A DNA stretch of 64,000 nt from Bradymonadia bacterium (GTDB taxonomy: Bacteria; Myxococcota_A; Bradymonadia; UBA7976; UBA1532). Below the pieces are notes generated by a model that saw only the letters and a list, made by a program, of their open reading frames with translations, made no database searches and was not told the DNA's origin. Below, piece by piece: positions 33,798 through 44,300 of this stretch; the first letter of the stretch is position 1, and each line of letters begins with the position of its first letter. The stretch is taken from the NCBI GenBank assembly GCA_046290225.1, contig JBKAGE010000078.1:32001-96000 (forward strand). Reading direction: 5' to 3'. The position numbers and the translations under genes were made by a program.

Positions 33798-33964
33798 GTA
33801 TCTCTCACCTGATCAGTGGGTAGAGGCAATCGCCGAGAGGGTCGTCGGCGAGGGTCCCAGGGTCTCTGAAGCGCCTCAGCCTGTCAATGTGACGGAGGTG
33901 AACAACTTGCCCCGCCTACCCCCCCGTGATAACTCGGAAACCACCCAGATCACCGAGGTTGAAC

Positions 33965-34327
33965 ATGGCTGACGTCTTCTCCGAGACCCTGCAGGACCTC
34001 ATGGCCCGCTGTCCGGGCATCTCCGGTGCCGCCTTCACCGACTTCGACGGTGAGGAGATCGCGCTCCAGCCGGCCCAACAACGTGAGCAGCTGCGGACCT
34101 CTGCTGTATACGGCGGCATCGCGCTGCGACGCATCAGCGACGCTGAAGAGAAAGCCGGTCGAAGCGCCCCGGCTTCCGTGATCATCAAGGGCGACGAGGG
34201 TGCCCTGGTGTCTCTGAAGGTGGCTGACGCCTACCAGCTGGTGCTCACCGTCAACAGCGCCACCCCCCCTGCCCTCGCCATCGACTCTGCCCGCTCTGCG
34301 GTTCAAATCATCGAAGAGAACATCTGA
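33965..34327 (+). CDS. Roadblock/LC7-domain protein
   Basis: F.ETLQDLMARCPGISGAAFTDFDGEEIA pattern; about 120 aa. Confidence 0.72.
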   Translation: MADVFSETLQDLMARCPGISGAAFTDFDGEEIALQPAQQREQLRTSAVYGGIALRRISDAEEKAGRSAPASVIIKGDEGALVSLKVADAYQLVLTVNSATPPALAIDSARSAVQIIEENI

Positions 34328-34498
34328 TTCCCCTCGGCTGATTCTCTTCGGCGCGCTCGCGTTGAACAGGCTGGCCTCGTCACCGTCCACGCCCAACGCC
34401 ATCTCGAAGTACGACGCTCCGACGCATCGACGAGGTGTGTAACACCTGGCCTCGAACCGTCGTAGTGACCGGCAAACGGAAACTCAAAGGAACGCCAC

Positions 34499-35233
34499 AT
34501 GAAGATGCTCGCCGCTCTCTTTGCTCTCCTGCTCCTCCCTGCCGCGGGTCACGCCCAGGATGTGGATCACAGCGCCTTCGACGCCCTGCTCAAGGCCAAC
34601 GTCAAAGGCAGCTCGGTGAAGTACTCCGGGTTCCAGAACAACGACAGCTTCAAGGCGTACTTGAAGACCATCCAGGAGACGGACCCGAAGGCGCTGCCCT
34701 CTCGCAACGCCCGCCTCGCCTTCTGGATCAACGCCTACAACGCCCTCACCATCAACTCGGTGCTGCAGCACATGCCCGGCATCAAGAGCGTGCAGGATCC
34801 CTACCCCGAATTCGGGTTCTTCAAGCGCAAGGACCACACCATCGGTGGCAAGAAGCTCTCTCTCAACGACATCGAGAACAACATCATCCGCCCGCGCTTC
34901 AAGGATGCGCGCATCCACGCCGCGCTGAACTGCGCCAGCGTCTCGTGCCCGCCTCTGGCCCCCTTCGCCTTCACGGCCAAGAAGCTCAACGGGCAGCTGC
35001 AGCGCCAGATGAAGAAGTTCATCAATGATAAGAGCCGCAACGCCATCGGCGCCGAGGTGAAGCTCTCTCAGATCTTCAACTGGTACGGAGACGACTTCAA
35101 GGCTGCCGGTGGGGTCGCAGCCTACATGGCGAAGTTCCTCGACGCTGATCAGGCCAAGGCCGTTGCCGACGCCGAGGCCGCAGGCAAGGTGCAGTTCCTC
35201 GAATACAACTGGGGCCTCAACGCCGCCCGCTGA
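34499..35233 (+). CDS. DUF547-domain exported protein
   Basis: Signal peptide; LAFWINAYNALT, SLNDIEN, DARIHAALNCASVSCPPL, LSQIFNWYGDDF, YNWGLN. Confidence 0.9.
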   Translation: MKMLAALFALLLLPAAGHAQDVDHSAFDALLKANVKGSSVKYSGFQNNDSFKAYLKTIQETDPKALPSRNARLAFWINAYNALTINSVLQHMPGIKSVQDPYPEFGFFKRKDHTIGGKKLSLNDIENNIIRPRFKDARIHAALNCASVSCPPLAPFAFTAKKLNGQLQRQMKKFINDKSRNAIGAEVKLSQIFNWYGDDFKAAGGVAAYMAKFLDADQAKAVADAEAAGKVQFLEYNWGLNAAR

Positions 35234-35302
35234 GCCTCTACACCCGGCACATCGTGCTGTGGTGAGTCGAGCAACGGACCGTAGCCCCGCGCCCCATCTC
35301 TC

Positions 35303-36586
35303 TCAGGCCGCTGCGCCCGCAGCACGGGCCTTCAGGGAAATCACCCCCTTCAGCCGCTGGTCGATCTCCATCATCGAGGCGTTCTCGTCTGGACTCATCT
35401 TGGGCCGGTTCGAGTTGCCGATGACCACGCGCTCAGGCACAGAGGCACCAATGGCCGTGCTCGCAGCAACGAGGGCTGCGTGCAATGCCTGGCCCCGAGA
35501 GACGAGCGCCTCAAAAGCGGGCATCTCTTCTTTGGAGTGCTCGGCCCGAGCCGACTCAAGGGCGCCGTCGAGGTGTTCGAGCACGTAGGCGCTCAAGGCG
35601 TCGTAGATCGGCCGCTTCTCTTCACCCTTGAAGTCACGCTCGGTGCCTGGGAGCACGCATGAACCCTCGAGGGTCTCTCCCGGGCGCATATCGCGGGTCA
35701 TCACGAAGGCTCGAGCCACGTGATAGAACGGCTTCATCAGGCCTTTTCGATCGACGTAGCGCGGTGGCTCGCCTTCGAACTCGGGGGCCCCAGCCTCGTC
35801 AGAGACCTCTTCGGCGGCCGGTGCTTCTGGCGCTTCAGATGGTGCAGGCTCCGGGGCTGCCTGGGGCTTGTTCTGGGACTCGCTCTGGGGCGTCTCGTCA
35901 GGGGCCGAGGGAGGCTCTGCCGCTGCCGTAGGTGGTGACGGGGCTTCAGGTGCAGCAGGCGCCTCAGCAGGTGCTGAAGGCGCCTTGAGGTCATCTGCAG
36001 CCACCGCACCGCCAGTCGGACCTGGCGTGACGACGTTCAACTCCATCACCGTCTCAGCAATGGAATCGGAGCCCTCTGCAGGCTTCGCCGGAGCGCTGGG
36101 CGCGCCGACCTCTGCGCCGAAGCTCTTCGCAGCGAGCTCGGCCGTGGCGCCGAGGGACTGCCCCGCCCACGCCCCTGAAGATGCAGCACGCTGTTGCGCA
36201 GGGAATCGGCTCACGAGCTGCGGCGAGTCACCGGCGCGGAACCACTTGCCATAGGCAGGATGGAAGATGAGATCGTCGGGGTTGATGTTGCCGGCGCTGG
36301 CCCACTTGAGCACAGTCTCCAGGCTGTCGGCGGGGTAGTTCTTGTCCCCTTTTCGCAGCCAGAACTGCTGGGTGGCAGAAGACGCCACGGGTTGTGGCTG
36401 CTCCACCCGGGGCAGCACATCGCGCAGGCCCCGCAAATCGTGGGCCCTGTACCAGCTCTGGTACACAGGCGAATACACCATATCCGTGGGCAACACCCGC
36501 CCATCTTGAGCCCATCGACGGAGGGTCTCGAGATCGGGGGCCTGATAGTCCCGGCCGTCGCGGCGAAGAATGTAGACCTGAGCCAT
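35303..36586 (-). CDS. Protein with two tandem GYF_2/DUF4339-like domains, an Ala/Pro linker and a helical C-domain
   Basis: Two repeats (LETLRRWAQDGRVLPTDMVY....W.RA and LETVLKWASAGNINPDDLIF....W.RA). Start moved to ATG 36586 to avoid overlap with the opposite-strand gene. Confidence 0.72.
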   Translation of the reverse strand: MAQVYILRRDGRDYQAPDLETLRRWAQDGRVLPTDMVYSPVYQSWYRAHDLRGLRDVLPRVEQPQPVASSATQQFWLRKGDKNYPADSLETVLKWASAGNINPDDLIFHPAYGKWFRAGDSPQLVSRFPAQQRAASSGAWAGQSLGATAELAAKSFGAEVGAPSAPAKPAEGSDSIAETVMELNVVTPGPTGGAVAADDLKAPSAPAEAPAAPEAPSPPTAAAEPPSAPDETPQSESQNKPQAAPEPAPSEAPEAPAAEEVSDEAGAPEFEGEPPRYVDRKGLMKPFYHVARAFVMTRDMRPGETLEGSCVLPGTERDFKGEEKRPIYDALSAYVLEHLDGALESARAEHSKEEMPAFEALVSRGQALHAALVAASTAIGASVPERVVIGNSNRPKMSPDENASMMEIDQRLKGVISLKARAAGAAA

Positions 36587-36691
36587 GGGGTCCCTTTTAC
36601 GTGACGGCTTCGAATCTATCACAGGGTGGTTTCGGCGCAAGCGAATGCCCTCCATCTTGCTCTGGCCAGGGTGGGCACCTAAGCTGCGGCC

Positions 36692-37318
36692 ATGGCACGT
36701 ACACGCGACGAAATGGCGGCGCTCGCCGCTCAGGAGATCGAGGGGGGCTTCGCGGTCAACCTCGGCATCGGCATCCCCACTCTGGTAGCGAACCACATCC
36801 CCGAGGATCTGCAGGTCTGGCTGCACAGCGAGAACGGTCTTCTGGGTATGGGCCCGTTCCCCTATGAGGGAGACGAAGATCCGCAGATCATCAACGCAGG
36901 CAAGCAGACGGTGACCGCGCAGCCTGGAGGCAGCTTCTTCGACAGCGCCACCAGCTTCGCCATGATCCGCGGCGGTCACGTCGACCTGGCCATCCTCGGG
37001 GGCATGCAGGTGGACGCCACTGGGGCACTGGCCAACTGGATGGTGCCCGGCAAGCGCGTCACCGGCATGGGAGGCGCCATGGATCTGGTCTCAGGGGCCA
37101 AGCGCGTGGTGGTCCTGATGACCCACTGCGCCAAAGATGGCTCGGCGAAGCTGCTCGATCGATGCACCCTCCCCCTCACGGGTGAAGCCTGCGTCGACCG
37201 CGTGATCACTGATTTGGCGACGTTGGATGTGACCCCCGAGGGGTTCAAACTGGTCTCTGTCGCTGAGGGACACACCGCAGAAGAGGTGCGAGAGAAGACT
37301 GGGGCCATGGTGGCCTGA
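36692..37318 (+). CDS. scoB: 3-oxoacid CoA-transferase subunit B
   Basis: [14 protein letters not shown] (catalytic Glu), [20 protein letters not shown]. Confidence 0.93.
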   Translation: MARTRDEMAALAAQEIEGGFAVNLGIGIPTLVANHIPEDLQVWLHSENGLLGMGPFPYEGDEDPQIINAGKQTVTAQPGGSFFDSATSFAMIRGGHVDLAILGGMQVDATGALANWMVPGKRVTGMGGAMDLVSGAKRVVVLMTHCAKDGSAKLLDRCTLPLTGEACVDRVITDLATLDVTPEGFKLVSVAEGHTAEEVREKTGAMVA

Positions 37319-37376
37319 GCTAGGCCGGTACTTCGGCTCTGTCAGTTAAGAGGTCTGCCGTTCTGTTAGGAGGCCT

Positions 37377-38261
37377 CTAGAGCTGCCTCACTCGATCCAG
37401 AGTGACTTCCACCAGGGCCTGCTCCCGCTCGGAGAGCCCTCCTGAGCGGGCCAGCTGGGCCAGCTCCATGAGCACCTGGCCCTTCCGGCCATGTCGGGCA
37501 TCGAGCTCCGCAGCCATCAACTTCACCACGAAGACTTTCGAGTGTCGTTTCTGTGCTTCGGCGAGCACCGCTCTGGCCCCCTCAAGATCTCCGGCGGCGA
37601 ACCGGACCTCGGCGTCGAGCAGATCGGGCATGGCCTTCCTGATCTCGAGGTCCTCTCGGGTGAGCTTGAAGCTGATCAGAATGCCCAGGCCATCGGTGAC
37701 CTGCCCCTCCGCAGTCCGCCGTGGGATGAGGTTGTTGATGGCGCCGACGAGCGCTGCCGCAGCGACGCTCTGGATCGCGATGACGGACAACGCCGTCGAC
37801 GCAGAGGTCATCGTAGTCCACCCGAAAATGAGCAACAGCAAAGCCACGACAGCAAGTTCGGCCCCTGGGCCCGCAGCGAAGATGAGCGCGTTGGCGAGTC
37901 GAGGGCGATCCGTACGCTCTGGTACAGGCAGTACGTAGCCGCCGATGGGGATCATCCGCAGCTCTACGGGCACACCGTCCACCGAGAAGCCCTTCCAGAG
38001 TGGTCCGAAGCCGATGACCACACGCTCGACACGCCAACCCATGAGTCGCGCCATGATCGCATGACCCGCTTCGTGGATCGCCGTGAGCACCACGTAGGCG
38101 GCGAGGAAGAACACCACTGCGATCTTGACGGGGGTGAAGTCACGCACCACCTCGGCGCCAAGCAGGCCGACGAGGAGAGCCATGAACCAGATGACGAACC
38201 GGCGCTCCTGAGGGGTCAGAGGCCGCTCTTCGTTGCCCGGGGGACGGTGGGGATCAAACAC
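37377..38261 (-). CDS. Site-2 (M50) membrane metalloprotease with C-terminal TPR-like helices
   Basis: IHEAGH, IGFGP, PIGGYV, AAGP, NLIP....TDG. Confidence 0.85.
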   Translation of the reverse strand: MFDPHRPPGNEERPLTPQERRFVIWFMALLVGLLGAEVVRDFTPVKIAVVFFLAAYVVLTAIHEAGHAIMARLMGWRVERVVIGFGPLWKGFSVDGVPVELRMIPIGGYVLPVPERTDRPRLANALIFAAGPGAELAVVALLLLIFGWTTMTSASTALSVIAIQSVAAAALVGAINNLIPRRTAEGQVTDGLGILISFKLTREDLEIRKAMPDLLDAEVRFAAGDLEGARAVLAEAQKRHSKVFVVKLMAAELDARHGRKGQVLMELAQLARSGGLSEREQALVEVTLDRVRQL

Positions 38262-38285
38262 AGGGTGAGGCAGGGAGTGGTGGGA

Positions 38286-38993
38286 TCAGTCGTCGCCAGC
38301 GAAAGACATCACCAGCTGCAGGATGTACCAGAACAGGGTGGCGAAGGAGGCGAAGAGCGCCAGCGCCGCCGCCACGTGAGCGCCCACGGGGTAGTGATGC
38401 ACCACGTTGGAGGTCTGGTAGAGGATCCAGCCGGACATCAGCAGCACCATGGCCAGGGAGAAGAAGCTCCCGAGGGTGATGCCGAAGAGGATGGCCACCA
38501 GGATGAAGCCCATGGCGGCAAAGGTGCCGATCATGAGGAACCGCTGCAAGAAGGAGAAATCCTTCTTGGTGAACAACACGGTCAAGGTCAGACCACCAAA
38601 GACCGCCCCCGTGAGAATGCCCGCCGTGGGGATCACGCTGGGGTCCGAGTAGTAGGCGGCGATGAACATCAGCGGCACGAAAATGATGGCTTCAGCCACC
38701 ACATAGAGGGCCAGACCAGCGTACTGCATGCCGAGAGAGCTGCTGTTCATGGCCCAGCGCTCGGCGATGGTGCCCACCACCATGAAGGCGCCGAGCACGA
38801 TGAGCCACATGAATCGGCTGCCGGAGAGCATGTCGAGCATGGCCGGCGCGATCGGGCTCTGAATCAGCGCGGCGGTGAGCAACACGAAGGCGATCACCGC
38901 CCCGCCGAGGTGCAGATAGGTCTTGCGGATGAAGTCCGCACGGGCGTCGACAGATTGTCGACTGCTCTCAACCTGGTGAGAAAGATAGGACAT
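38286..38993 (-). CDS. Bax inhibitor-1/YccA family membrane protein
   Basis: FIRKTYLHL, about 7 TM segments, KKDFSFL, ILYQTS, AAALALFAS..TLFWYIL. Confidence 0.9.
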   Translation of the reverse strand: MSYLSHQVESSRQSVDARADFIRKTYLHLGGAVIAFVLLTAALIQSPIAPAMLDMLSGSRFMWLIVLGAFMVVGTIAERWAMNSSSLGMQYAGLALYVVAEAIIFVPLMFIAAYYSDPSVIPTAGILTGAVFGGLTLTVLFTKKDFSFLQRFLMIGTFAAMGFILVAILFGITLGSFFSLAMVLLMSGWILYQTSNVVHHYPVGAHVAAALALFASFATLFWYILQLVMSFAGDD

Positions 38994-39076
38994 GGTGCCT
39001 CCTCATCGCGTTAAGCCGTTGGGTACAGGCTCAAGTTAAACACCGGGCAGGGTTTGTCCATTCCGGCCCCCAATTT

Positions 39077-39235
39077 GAGGTCCTAACATAACTGCTCCCG
39101 TCGCCAGTGAGGTGATGCACTTCGCGATGCAGCCGAAAGCGTCCTCGACGGGCCTTTGGGCCCGCCTGCGGGTCTTTCAACAGCCTCACTCGCGCCTCAC
39201 CTCCCTGACTCGGTCCGCCGTTGTGTTAGGACCTC
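39077..39235. repeat. 159-bp element bounded by 16-bp terminal inverted repeats (MITE-like or structured ncRNA)
   Basis: gaggtcctaacataac (39077-39092) and gttgtgttaggacctc (39220-39235) are complementary at 15 of 16 positions. Confidence 0.7.
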
Positions 39236-39273
39236 TAAGATTCTTATTGGTGTGATGCCAGGGTGACCAGTTG

Positions 39274-39999
39274 TCAAGTTGCGGCCTCTGGCCTGGGCCG
39301 AGTGGTGCGGTACTCAATCGGATCCACATAGTTCGACCCCTGGAAGATGCGCTGCACGAAGATGCCCGGCAAGTGCACGTCATCAGGGCCGAGATCACCG
39401 AGGCCCACCATCTCCTCCACCTCCACCACGGTGACCGCGCTGGCCATGGCCACCAAGGGGCTGAAGTTGCGCGAGGTGCCGTAGAACCGCAGGTTGCCGT
39501 AAGGGTCTCCCACCCGCGCCCTCAAGATGCCGAAGTCAGCTTTGAGCGGCAGCTCGAAGACATAACGGCGGCCATCGAGCTCCCGAACCTCTTTGCCCTC
39601 GGCGATGACCGTGCCCACCCCAGTGGGGGTATAGAAGCCGCCGATGCCCGCGCCTCCTGCCCGCATGCGCTCCGCGAGGGTGCCCTGAGGGTTGAGTTCG
39701 ACCTCGACCTCTTTGGAGAGCATCTGCGCCTCGAGATCAGGGTTCCCGCCCACGAAGCTGGCGATCACCTTCTTGATTTGGCGCTGCTGCAACAACACGG
39801 CGAGGCCTTTGCCCTGGTTGCCGCAGTTGTTGCTGATGATGGTGAAGTCTTTCTTGCCGCAACCGGCGAGGGCCCGGATGCAGTGCTCGGCGTTGCCGCT
39901 GAGACCGAAACCGCCAGCCATGATGCGGGCACCATCGAAGACGTCGTGCAGCGCCTCTTCGGCGGAGGTGAAGATCTTGCTCTTGCTCGAGGCGGTCAT
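39274..39999 (-). CDS. scoA: 3-oxoacid CoA-transferase subunit A
   Basis: IMAGGFGLSG, ISNNCG, PQGTLAERMRAGGAGI..FYTPTGVGT, NFSP, DVHLPGIFV. Start overlaps the upstream stop. Confidence 0.92.
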   Translation of the reverse strand: MTASSKSKIFTSAEEALHDVFDGARIMAGGFGLSGNAEHCIRALAGCGKKDFTIISNNCGNQGKGLAVLLQQRQIKKVIASFVGGNPDLEAQMLSKEVEVELNPQGTLAERMRAGGAGIGGFYTPTGVGTVIAEGKEVRELDGRRYVFELPLKADFGILRARVGDPYGNLRFYGTSRNFSPLVAMASAVTVVEVEEMVGLGDLGPDDVHLPGIFVQRIFQGSNYVDPIEYRTTRPRPEAAT

Positions 40000-41351
40000 G
40001 AAGCCTTCTCTGGAGGTTGATGATGGAACACTTCGCCGAGGGCCTCGTCGACAGCGGCGAGGCCCTCTCGCAGGGTCTCGGCGTCGATGCACAGCGGCGG
40101 CGCGATGAAGATGTAGCTCCACTTGTAGGGGATGTGCAGCCCCCGGCGCCGGAGGGCCTCGCCAAGCTGGGCTGCTTGCCCCTGGTGGCTCTGCGCATAC
40201 GCCGTGAGCGGCGCTCGGCTGTCTCGATCGCGGACCAGCTCGATGGCGCCCCACAAGCCCTTGTTCCGGACATCGCCGATGACCGGGTGCCGATCTGCGA
40301 GCTGCTGCAACTCCTCGGCGAGCACATCACCAAGGGCCGCAGCGTGATCGATGAGCCCTTCGCTCTGATAGGCCTCGATGGCGGCTACAGCGGCGGCACA
40401 GCTGAGCGGGTGCGCGTAGTTGGTGAGGCCACACCACAGCGTCTCATCTTCGAAATGCGCGGCGAGCTCCGGACGCATGGCCACGGCCCCCATGGGGGCG
40501 TAACCACCGGTGATGCCTTTGGCCATGGTGATCATGTCGGGCACCACCCCGTAGTGATCGACGGCGAACCACTGCCCTGTACGACCAAAACCAGAGAGCA
40601 CCTCGTCAGCGACGAGCAGGATCCCGTGGGCGTCGCAGATCTCCCGGACACGGGGCCAGTAGTCGTCGGGGGGGATGAACCCGCCGACGGCGCCGGTGAT
40701 GCCCTCCATGAAGACCGCAGCGATGGTGTGGGGGCCTTCCATTTGAATGACGTGCTCGAGGTGCTCGGCACACCGCACACCACAGCTCGGGTAGCTCTGC
40801 CCGAAGGGGCACCGATAGCAGTACGGATCTTCGACACGGGCCACCCCCGTGAGGCCTGGCTCCACGGGCCAACGTCGAGGATCTCCGGTGATCGAAGCCG
40901 CCCCCATGGAGGCGCCGTGATAGCTCTGCCGCCGGGCGATCACCTTGTGGCGCCCAGTGACCATGCGGGCGATCTTGTAGGCGTTCTCCACTGCCTCGGC
41001 CCCAGAGAGGCACAGGAAGAAGTGGTTCAGATCGCCCGGGGTGATGGCTGCGAGGGCCTCGCCCACAGCAGCCTTGGCCTCAAAGACCGCCGCCGGGTGG
41101 GCACAGCCCAGGATCTCGGCCTGCTTCTGGATCGCCTCGATGACACCGCGGTGGTTGTGACCGAGGTTGCAGTTGAACACCTGGCTCTCGAAGTCGAGCC
41201 ATCGGCCGCCGTCGTGATCGTAGAACACCGCGCCGTCGCCATGGGCGATCTTCACTGGTCGAGCCCTGGCCTGGGCAGCCCACGTGTAGAGCACATGGGC
41301 CCGCTGTCGGGCCTCGAGCTGCGCAGCGTCAGGGTTGTTCGAGCCGCTCAC
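39996..41351 (-). CDS. Class III (omega-amino acid) PLP aminotransferase
   Basis: WLDFESQVFNCNLGH, SGAEAVENA, SYHG, LVADEVLSGFGRTG, PDMITMAKGITGGY.PMG, GLTNYAHP. Confidence 0.93.
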   Translation of the reverse strand: MSGSNNPDAAQLEARQRAHVLYTWAAQARARPVKIAHGDGAVFYDHDGGRWLDFESQVFNCNLGHNHRGVIEAIQKQAEILGCAHPAAVFEAKAAVGEALAAITPGDLNHFFLCLSGAEAVENAYKIARMVTGRHKVIARRQSYHGASMGAASITGDPRRWPVEPGLTGVARVEDPYCYRCPFGQSYPSCGVRCAEHLEHVIQMEGPHTIAAVFMEGITGAVGGFIPPDDYWPRVREICDAHGILLVADEVLSGFGRTGQWFAVDHYGVVPDMITMAKGITGGYAPMGAVAMRPELAAHFEDETLWCGLTNYAHPLSCAAAVAAIEAYQSEGLIDHAAALGDVLAEELQQLADRHPVIGDVRNKGLWGAIELVRDRDSRAPLTAYAQSHQGQAAQLGEALRRRGLHIPYKWSYIFIAPPLCIDAETLREGLAAVDEALGEVFHHQPPEKAS

Positions 41352-44300
41352 GGAAGCCCCTGATCGACGCGCCTGAGGGCATCGACGAGCCGATCGATGT
41401 CGTACTCGGTGGCAGTGAGGGCCGGAACCAGGGCGATGACGTCCCACGAGGGCCGAGCCACCTTGACCCCGCTGGCGGCGAGGCCATGCTGAATCTGGCT
41501 GGCCCGCTTCGCACCGACGCGCAGGGTACGATAGAGGCCCATGCCGCCCAGAACCCCTGGGCCATATCCTGCCGCAACGAGGCCGTCTTCGAGACGGCGT
41601 GAGAGCATGCTCAAGGGCAGATCGCGTGTCAGATAGAGCTGCCGGAGCAGCCGCGTGGCAGAGAGCTCGTCACCATCCCAGGTGCTGATGAGCGTCAGAG
41701 GCTTCTCCACGTACCAGCGATCGTTGCTGAAGATGTGGCCGATCTGACCACCGCTCCACCACAACACCACGTCGGGATCACCCTTCACGCTGTCAAGCCA
41801 CCACAGGTCCTTGCCATTGCGGCCCATGCCAGTGGTGGTCTCCACCAGAACGAGGGGCACCCCGGTGCGATCGCGGAACGCCACCAACGCGGCCCACTGT
41901 TCCGGCGTGATCACCCGGCCTGTCCGGCGCTGGACGGACTCGATGTAGAGGCCGAGCAAGGCGTCAGCGCCGTGGGTGGAGACCAGCGCCTCGAGGGCAG
42001 CGAGGGTCTCTTGGAGGCCGTTGGCCGGGTGAGGCACCATGGGCCAGCCGAAGTGGCCATAGCGTTCAGCCTGCCCCTTGCTGGCGCTGATGGAGAGCGA
42101 GCGCGCGGCGGCGGTGACGGAGCCGAGCTGGCCGCCCTCGACGCCAATGGCCGTGGAGGCGTGCTTGCGATGATGCTTCAGCGCGCGGAAGGACTTGTCC
42201 ACCATCTCGTCGGCACTGCTGGTGAAGTACAGGTGTCCACAGCCCCGTGGGGTCATCTCGCGCAGGTACTCCGCATAGCGCACGTACGGCCGCGTGATGA
42301 AGTTGCTCAGCGTCAGCTTGGTGAGGGCGCCCTCGTCGAAGACCCCGAGCTGGCGTGCCCGGACGAGCTGCGGGTGGGCGGCGCCTGTGGGCTCGCTCAC
42401 CCCGTGGGCTGCATCGAGCACCCGCATGGCCGGGGCCACATTGTCCGCCTCGAAAGCCCGGCGATCGGACCGACGAAGCGGGATGCGGTAGTACCAGGCC
42501 TGAGCGCCGGCGGCGCCATATTGATCTTGCAACAGCTGCGCGCAGTAGGCGCCGAACCGCTGGTTGATGCCCCACATGGCGTCGGTGTGCCCCACACGGT
42601 TTCTGCCCGTGATGAAGGCGTACCGCGGGGCACCAGAGGCGCGCTTCACGTTGAGCGCGGCCTTGATCTGCGCCTCTCTCAACCGCAGACCCACACCACG
42701 CCCCTGAGCGCGGGGATGCACAGTGATGTCAGCGCTGTACAGCGTGTTGTGTCGACGCAGGTTCGGATCCTGCCGAGGGCCGTCCAGGGCCCACCAGAGC
42801 TCTAGAGGACCGGCGAGGGTCAGACCCACGAGGCCCTCGGGATCTTCCGCGACGAGGGCCACCGCCTCTGCGCTCTGGGCCACGGTCTTCAGGTAGGCGG
42901 GCTCGTCCTGGCGTGCGGGCTCATACACCTCACTCTGCAAGGCCTCGATGGCCCCAGCCACAGCGTCGAAGTCACCTGGACCGAGGGCGCGGATGCGGGT
43001 GCCAAGGCAGTCGGCGAGCCAGCGCACCAGGGGCACCCCCACGGCGGTCTCGAATGCCGCAGGATCAGCAGCCTTTGCAGCATCGAGGGCAGCAGCCCCG
43101 CGCACATCTGTGGAGAGGCCCAACGTCACCGCCCCGAGGCGCCGGTCTTGAGGCGAGAGCTCCCCTTCAGTTCGCAACAGCCGATCAGCGTTGAGCGCCG
43201 TAGGCTCTGCGAGCAACGCCTGCAGCGTCAGCGCTGGCGCCGATGCCGGTGCGGCCAGTGGCGTCACCCATTTGGGGACCTCAACAGCCTCCATCCGAGT
43301 CAACCAATCATCCCCATCGAGACCACCTGCCAACTCCACGAGGGCCGCCAACGAGGTGTCGATGATGTCGAAGATGGCCTCGACGTCAGCGGGGCGCATG
43401 GCGCGGTTCATGCGGTACCGCAGGGTGCGGGCGCCGGCGATGTAGACCATGTAACCGCGGTAGAAGCGCTGGGCGATGAGCTTCTGGGCCACCGGCCCCG
43501 AAGGCAGATCGAAGGCGAAGGCGTCACCATACACCCGCGGCCGTGAGACCAGCTGGGGCCAGCGCTCCACCAGGGCAGCGAGGCGTTGCTCGGCGAGCCC
43601 GGCGTGGGTGACGTTGCGCTCCACGATGTCGAGGTGGATCGACCCGCGGACGAGGCTGGCGCTGTGGAACGGCGCCGGATCAGGATCGGGCCACCGGGAG
43701 AGCACAAGGCCCACCTGGGCCCGCTTGGCGCACACGATCAGGTCCGGGCCATCCGGCTGCCCGTCGGCGTCCAGCATCCAGAACAGGCTGTGCCAGAAGA
43801 CCGGGCCACCGAGGCCAAAGCCCACCTGCACCTCGTCGAAGATGAGCGGCACACCATAGGCCCGCGTGAGCGCCCGGAGGCCGTTCACGAACCGGCTGCT
43901 GGCCCCCCGATCACCGCCTTCACACTGGTAGGGCTCGAGCATGCAGGCCATCACATCGCCCGCCTGTAGCGCCTTCTCCGTGGCGATGAGAGACTGCACC
44001 TCTGCCGTAAGGAGCGCGTCCCCCTCGGCAGCGGTCACCCACGCCGCGCGGTCGGCGCCAGCGGTCGCCCAGCTCTTGCGCCACCCCTCGGGGATGACGG
44101 GATCCGCGAGTTCGACGTCGAGAGGGAACGGCAGGAAGTCGGTTTCGAAGCCCGGGATCTGATAGGGCGCCCGCTTCACCGGGTTCCAGGTGCTGTAGAG
44201 CGACAACAAAGTGCGGCCGTGGAACGAGCCTTCGAAGGCCAGCACTCGACGCCCGCCAGCGCCGTTCACTCGGGCGATGTGCAGCGCCTTCTCGTTGGCC

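Noticed and set aside
32088..33812. 574-aa plus-strand ORF (similarly 37491-39014 +, 45106-46563 +, 51328-53193 -, 22819-24267 -)
   Set aside because: Each lies antisense to a gene with clear family motifs and has no recognisable motifs itself.
36587..36979. N-terminal extension of the 558-aa ORF in the track
   Set aside because: It overlaps scoB on the opposite strand; the recognisable domains begin at ATG 36586.
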